Shown piece by piece: positions 6,053-8,391 of a DNA stretch of 8,391 nucleotides. Position numbers and translations under genes: made by a program. Under the pieces are notes generated by a model that was not told where the DNA came from, made no database searches, and worked only from the letters and a program-made list of their open reading frames with translations. The stretch is from Vibrio cholerae ATCC 14035 (GTDB lineage Bacteria > Pseudomonadota > Gammaproteobacteria > Enterobacterales > Vibrionaceae): assembly GCF_000621645.1 (NCBI RefSeq), contig NZ_KK211326.1, positions 7,228 to 15,618 of the forward strand. Direction: 5' to 3'. How positions within the stretch are numbered: the stretch's first letter is position 1; each line of letters opens with the position of its first letter.

Positions 6053-6331
6053 GTGTTAAAACTATCTTTCATTATGCTTATATTATTAATTTGTGTTGCA
6101 ATTAGTATTTGGTTCCTATTTGTCAAAGATATTCCCACTATAAATGAGATTAACGAGCTAAGAAGTGAGAAAGCGCAACTTCAAGCTCAGATAGAGAAGC
6201 TTAATCAGTATGGTCACATCACGAGTTGTGATGGTAAATTGTGTGTTTCTGTAGATAAAAATGACAGCTATAAATCTAGTGATGGTAAGGTTATTTATTA
6301 TGTAATAGCCCCTCGAGATAGTAAAAATTGA
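6053..6331 (+). CDS. Single-pass membrane / coiled-coil protein, 92 aa from GTG 6053; possibly the 3' part of the interrupted gene starting at 5771
   Basis: A TM helix (LSFIMLILLICVAISIWFLFV) is followed by a heptad-like stretch (INELRSEKAQLQAQIEKLNQ). There is no recognisable RBS before GTG 6053 or ATG 6074. The frame stays open back to the TAA at 5948-5950. Confidence 0.5.
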   Translation: MLKLSFIMLILLICVAISIWFLFVKDIPTINEINELRSEKAQLQAQIEKLNQYGHITSCDGKLCVSVDKNDSYKSSDGKVIYYVIAPRDSKN

Positions 6332-6333
6332 TA

Positions 6334-6425
6334 TAACAAAGCATTTAAGAGTGATTCGCAACGCTTGGCGCTTTCGCTTCGCTCAAGTATAGCCAAGCGT
6401 CGCTCACACCTTAATGCGGCGTTAG
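6334..6425 (+). repeat. attC site, non-VCR type (92 bp), of the multi-ORF cassette 5051-6425
   Basis: TAACAAAGCATTTAAGAGTGATTCGCAACGCTTGGCG...GCCAAGCGTCGCTCACACCTTAATGCGGCGTTAG. It has TAAC/GTTA cores and complementary arms (GCAACGCTTGGC vs GCCAAGCGTCGC; CATTTAAGAGTGA vs TCACACCTTAATG). Its length and sequence differ from VCR. Confidence 0.85.
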
Positions 6426-6445
6426 GTTTCACACGGAGGTAGTGT

Positions 6446-6856
6446 TTGGAAGTGATAAAGTTGCCAAACAATGGCATATGCGAATGGGCTGGAATGGAAG
6501 ATTATCAGCTTCTTTCTCCAAGCAGTACCATTAGTGCGATACTCACCTATATTGGAGAGCCTCCTCATGGCGACTCCTATCATAGCCTAAGTATTAATGG
6601 TAAAAAGTGCCCAGGCTATGCTTGGGGTTGCCTGTTTGCATTTTCATCTGATTCTAGGTTTTTAGTTTGTAGCTGGATGGAAAAGCTCATTGAGCGAAAA
6701 ACTGTAGTTATAGACTGCATAGAAGAAAAGTACTTTATTCTCCCTACTTACATCTACATGTTTTCAGTTGAGTGGCCCCATGTGTCGGGAGTGGGAAGTC
6801 AATGGGATAGCTTAGGCTATACGTTCACAGGGGATGAGAACTGGCTGAACTACTGA
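6446..6856 (+). CDS. Hypothetical protein, 136 aa (TTG start; GTG 6452 is an alternative)
   Basis: GGAGG at 6436-6440 lies 5 nt before TTG 6446. It is the only long ORF in cassette 6426-6860 and is co-oriented with the array. I recognise no motif. Confidence 0.72.
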   Translation: MEVIKLPNNGICEWAGMEDYQLLSPSSTISAILTYIGEPPHGDSYHSLSINGKKCPGYAWGCLFAFSSDSRFLVCSWMEKLIERKTVVIDCIEEKYFILPTYIYMFSVEWPHVSGVGSQWDSLGYTFTGDENWLNY

Positions 6857-6860
6857 AACC

Positions 6861-6936
6861 TAACAAGGCCATCAAACATCGCCCCCTTCGGGGGCTGGAC
6901 TCGCAAAACACGCTCGCCGTTTATGGCAAGCGTTAG
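6861..6936 (+). repeat. attC site, non-VCR type (76 bp), of cassette 6426-6936
   Basis: TAACAAGGCCAT...ATGGCAAGCGTTAG terminal inverted arms with TAAC/GTTA cores; a central GCCCCC-TTCG-GGGGGC hairpin; short, unlike VCR. Confidence 0.82.
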
Positions 6937-6950
6937 GTTTAAGGTTTTTC

Positions 6951-7376
6951 ATGGAAATCAAAGAGTTTAGTGCCTGTAATCTCGAATCGTTGAGAAAGCT
7001 CTACTTGGACTCTAGACGAGATAGTTTCCCATGGCTCAAGGCGGATAGTTTTCGGATAGAAGACTTCGACCGCGATAGTCAAGGTGAACGAATTTGGTTG
7101 TCTGAGGTTTTAGGGAATGTTGCCGGCTTCATTTCCATTTGGGAGCCTGACAATTTTATTCATCATCTCTATGTCGCAACCGAATATCAGGGGCAAGGTG
7201 TGGGCTCGATGCTGCTTAACGGCGCAAAAATGAAATATGGCAACTTAAGCCTTAAGTGCATGGTTCAAAATCAAAAAGCACTCAACTTTTATTTGTCGCA
7301 AGGTTTTGAAATTGTGTCGCAAGTGGATGATGAATTGGGTGGTTATTACTATATGAGCTTCGTAGCACAAACCTAA
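6951..7376 (+). CDS. GNAT-family N-acetyltransferase, 141 aa
   Basis: Motif A HLYVATEYQGQGVGSMLL (Q-x-x-G-x-G) and motif B KALNFYLSQGFE are present, and the size is typical of single-domain GNATs. The stop TAA is the first 3 nt of the VCR at 7374. Confidence 0.92.
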   Translation: MEIKEFSACNLESLRKLYLDSRRDSFPWLKADSFRIEDFDRDSQGERIWLSEVLGNVAGFISIWEPDNFIHHLYVATEYQGQGVGSMLLNGAKMKYGNLSLKCMVQNQKALNFYLSQGFEIVSQVDDELGGYYYMSFVAQT

Positions 7377-7496
7377 CAAACGCCTCAAGCGGGACTGTCA
7401 ACGCGTGGCGTTTCCAGTCCCATTGAGCCGCGGTGGTTTTGGTTGTTGTTTTTGGGTTTAGTGTAATGCGTTGTCAGCCCCTTAGGCGGGCGTTAA
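7374..7496 (+). repeat. attC site (VCR) of the GNAT cassette 6937-7496
   Basis: VCR sequence; TAAC at 7374, whose TAA is the stop codon of the GNAT ORF; GTTAA at 7492-7496. Confidence 0.95.
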
Positions 7497-7619
7497 CTCT
7501 CATCTGTATATACATCAATAAATTCAATCGCTTGACTGATTTTTGATAATTCGCTCTCTTTTTAGCTCAGGAAAATATGTTTATATGCTCGTCTTATATA
7601 AAAAACAGTTGGTATTGGA

Positions 7620-7856
7620 ATGAATAATAGATTTTGTGAAAAGTGTGGCCAAAAAACTGAGCATAAAGAACTCATAAAGCAAAAACCCTCAAAGTATGGA
7701 AAAAGTAAAAAAGAACAATTTAAAGCTTTTCTGGATGGCTTTTTTGGTGGTGTAGCAAGTCCGGTTGGAGCATCGTTAGATCTCATCGATAGATATGTGG
7801 TTTGTAGTGTGTGTGGTCACAAGACTCTCGATAATCAAGGTGATGAATTTCTCTAG
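7620..7856 (+). CDS. Small zinc-ribbon-like protein, 78 aa
   Basis: Two CxxC pairs sit at opposite ends (C6-EK-C9 and C62-SV-C65). The protein is lysine-rich in the middle. It is co-oriented with the array, and its RBS is weak (ttggaATG). Confidence 0.68.
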   Translation: MNNRFCEKCGQKTEHKELIKQKPSKYGKSKKEQFKAFLDGFFGGVASPVGASLDLIDRYVVCSVCGHKTLDNQGDEFL

Positions 7857-7878
7857 TTATCAGTGTGTTAATGAGAGT

Positions 7879-8002
7879 TAACAAACGCCTCAAGAGGGAC
7901 TGTCAACGCGCGGCGTTTCCAGTCCCATTGAGCCGCGGTGGTTTCGGTTGTTATGTTTGAGTTTAGTGGTAATGCGTTGCCAGCCCCTTAGGCGGGCGTT
8001 AA
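7879..8002 (+). repeat. attC site (VCR) of cassette 7497-8002
   Basis: VCR sequence; TAAC at 7879, GTTAA at 7998-8002. Confidence 0.95.
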
Positions 8003-8050
8003 CTGGCAAAATGGAAATGTCAAAAGCATCTGAGCAAAAGGAGTTTGCAA

Positions 8051-8212
8051 ATGTTTCGTTGTGGGCAATGCCGTCATTTCGAAAAAGCTAAAAATAATCT
8101 CAAGGATCTTTGTGGTGCTTGGGAACAACCTACGACTGCAACGCGTGAAGCTTGTGGATTTTTCATGCTCAGAAAACCAGCCCTAGATGTGAAAACACCA
8201 AACGAAGTGTAG
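8051..8212 (+). CDS. Small Cys-rich protein, 53 aa (not in the ORF track, below 60 aa)
   Basis: AAGGAG at 8038-8043 lies 7 nt before ATG 8051. The translation is MFRCGQCRHFEKAKNNLKDLCGAWEQPTTATREACGFFMLRKPALDVKTPNEV*. It has C4-x2-C7 plus C21 and C35, and it is the only RBS-preceded frame in cassette 8003-8268. Confidence 0.6.
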   Translation: MFRCGQCRHFEKAKNNLKDLCGAWEQPTTATREACGFFMLRKPALDVKTPNEV

Positions 8213-8268
8213 AGTAATCTTCTTTGTGTTGGTTAAAAGTGCAGTGAAAATCATAAGCACTGGCCAGT

Positions 8269-8391
8269 TAACAAACGCCTCAAGAGGGACTGTCAACGCG
8301 TGGCGTTTCCAGTCCCATTGAGCCGCGGTGGTTACGGTTGGTGTGTTTGAGTTTTGTGTTATGCGTTGTCAGCCCCTTAGGCGGGCGTTAG
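8269..8391 (+). repeat. attC site (VCR) of cassette 8003-8391
   Basis: VCR sequence; TAAC at 8269, GTTAG at 8387-8391 (window end). Confidence 0.95.

Larger units (their letters stand above)
1..8391 (+). mobile_element. Chromosomal integron (superintegron) cassette array, Vibrio cholerae VCR type; 14 attC sites, 13 complete cassettes; integrase/attI not in window
   Basis: A ~123 bp imperfect-palindromic repeat recurs 11 times (TAACAAACGCCTCAAGAGGGACTGTCAACGCG...GCGTTGCCAGCCCCTTAGGCGGGCGTTA), plus 3 shorter or divergent sites with the same terminal cores. Each repeat is separated by one short gene-sized unit, and all repeats and genes are co-oriented. The repeat matches the V. cholerae repeat (VCR) consensus as I remember it. 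Confidence 0.95.

Noticed and set aside
5947-6138. 63-aa minus-strand ORF
   Set aside because: It is antisense to the open + frame in an AT-rich region where random ORFs are common. It has no RBS and runs opposite to every supported gene in the array.
6158-6361. 67-aa minus-strand ORF
   Set aside because: It would start inside the attC at 6334-6425 and is antisense to the + ORF 6053-6331. Its low-complexity I/T/L-rich translation is typical of AT-rich antisense frames.
6881-6896. GCCCCC-TTCG-GGGGGC hairpin as a Rho-independent terminator
   Set aside because: No T-tract follows it (the next bases are tggactcgc), and it sits in the centre of the 76-bp attC, where a stem is expected as part of the recombination-site fold.
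7532-7550. TTGACT ... GATAAT as a promoter for the zinc-ribbon cassette
   Set aside because: The hexamers are good individually, but the spacer is only 7 nt. I found no properly spaced -10 partner, so it is not called.
7562-7786. 74-aa minus-strand ORF
   Set aside because: It is antisense to the zinc-ribbon ORF, which has paired CxxC motifs and the array orientation. The minus frame has no motif and no RBS.
1-8391. Regularly spaced repeats as a CRISPR array or as REP/MITE elements
   Set aside because: The repeats are ~123 bp, against 24-48 bp for CRISPR. The intervening units vary from ~260 to ~1280 bp and each contains a gene. The repeats also have the R''/L''-L'/R' attC architecture, with an unpaired spacer and extrahelical bases. 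This is an integron, not CRISPR. MITEs would not each flank exactly one co-oriented ORF.

Overview
The whole window is a cassette array from a sedentary chromosomal integron (superintegron) of the Vibrio cholerae type. I count 14 attC recombination sites, all in the same orientation (R'' TAAC... to ...GTTA R' on the + strand). Eleven are near-identical ~123-124 bp VCR repeats. Three are heterologous: a 120 bp VCR-like site, a 92 bp site and a 76 bp site. Together they delimit 13 complete cassettes. All credible genes are on the + strand, so intI/attI/Pc should lie off-window to the left. No integrase, rRNA, tRNA or CRISPR is present. Recognisable cargo: a Phd/YefM-ParE toxin-antitoxin pair with a TGTACA-type operator, an isochorismatase-family hydrolase, a GNAT acetyltransferase and a lipoprotein. 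The rest are small hypothetical proteins, including a membrane protein, a zinc-ribbon protein and a 53-aa Cys-rich ORF that falls below the ORF-track cutoff. The most interesting locus is the largest cassette (5051-6425). It is AT-rich, carries a non-VCR attC and holds a coupled multi-ORF module: a ~230-aa protein with a PD-(D/E)xK-like D-x12-E-x-K motif, followed by a coiled-coil/single-TM reading frame split by one in-frame TAA. I flag it as a candidate uncharacterised defence or abortive-infection type system. Second, two paralogous ~412 bp cassettes (136-548 and 4516-4927) share a ~97-nt core conserved at nucleotide level, but their 60-aa ORF shows 15 nonsynonymous against 3 synonymous codon differences. 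That pattern suggests a non-coding function. All homology statements come from motif recognition by eye; no database search was possible.
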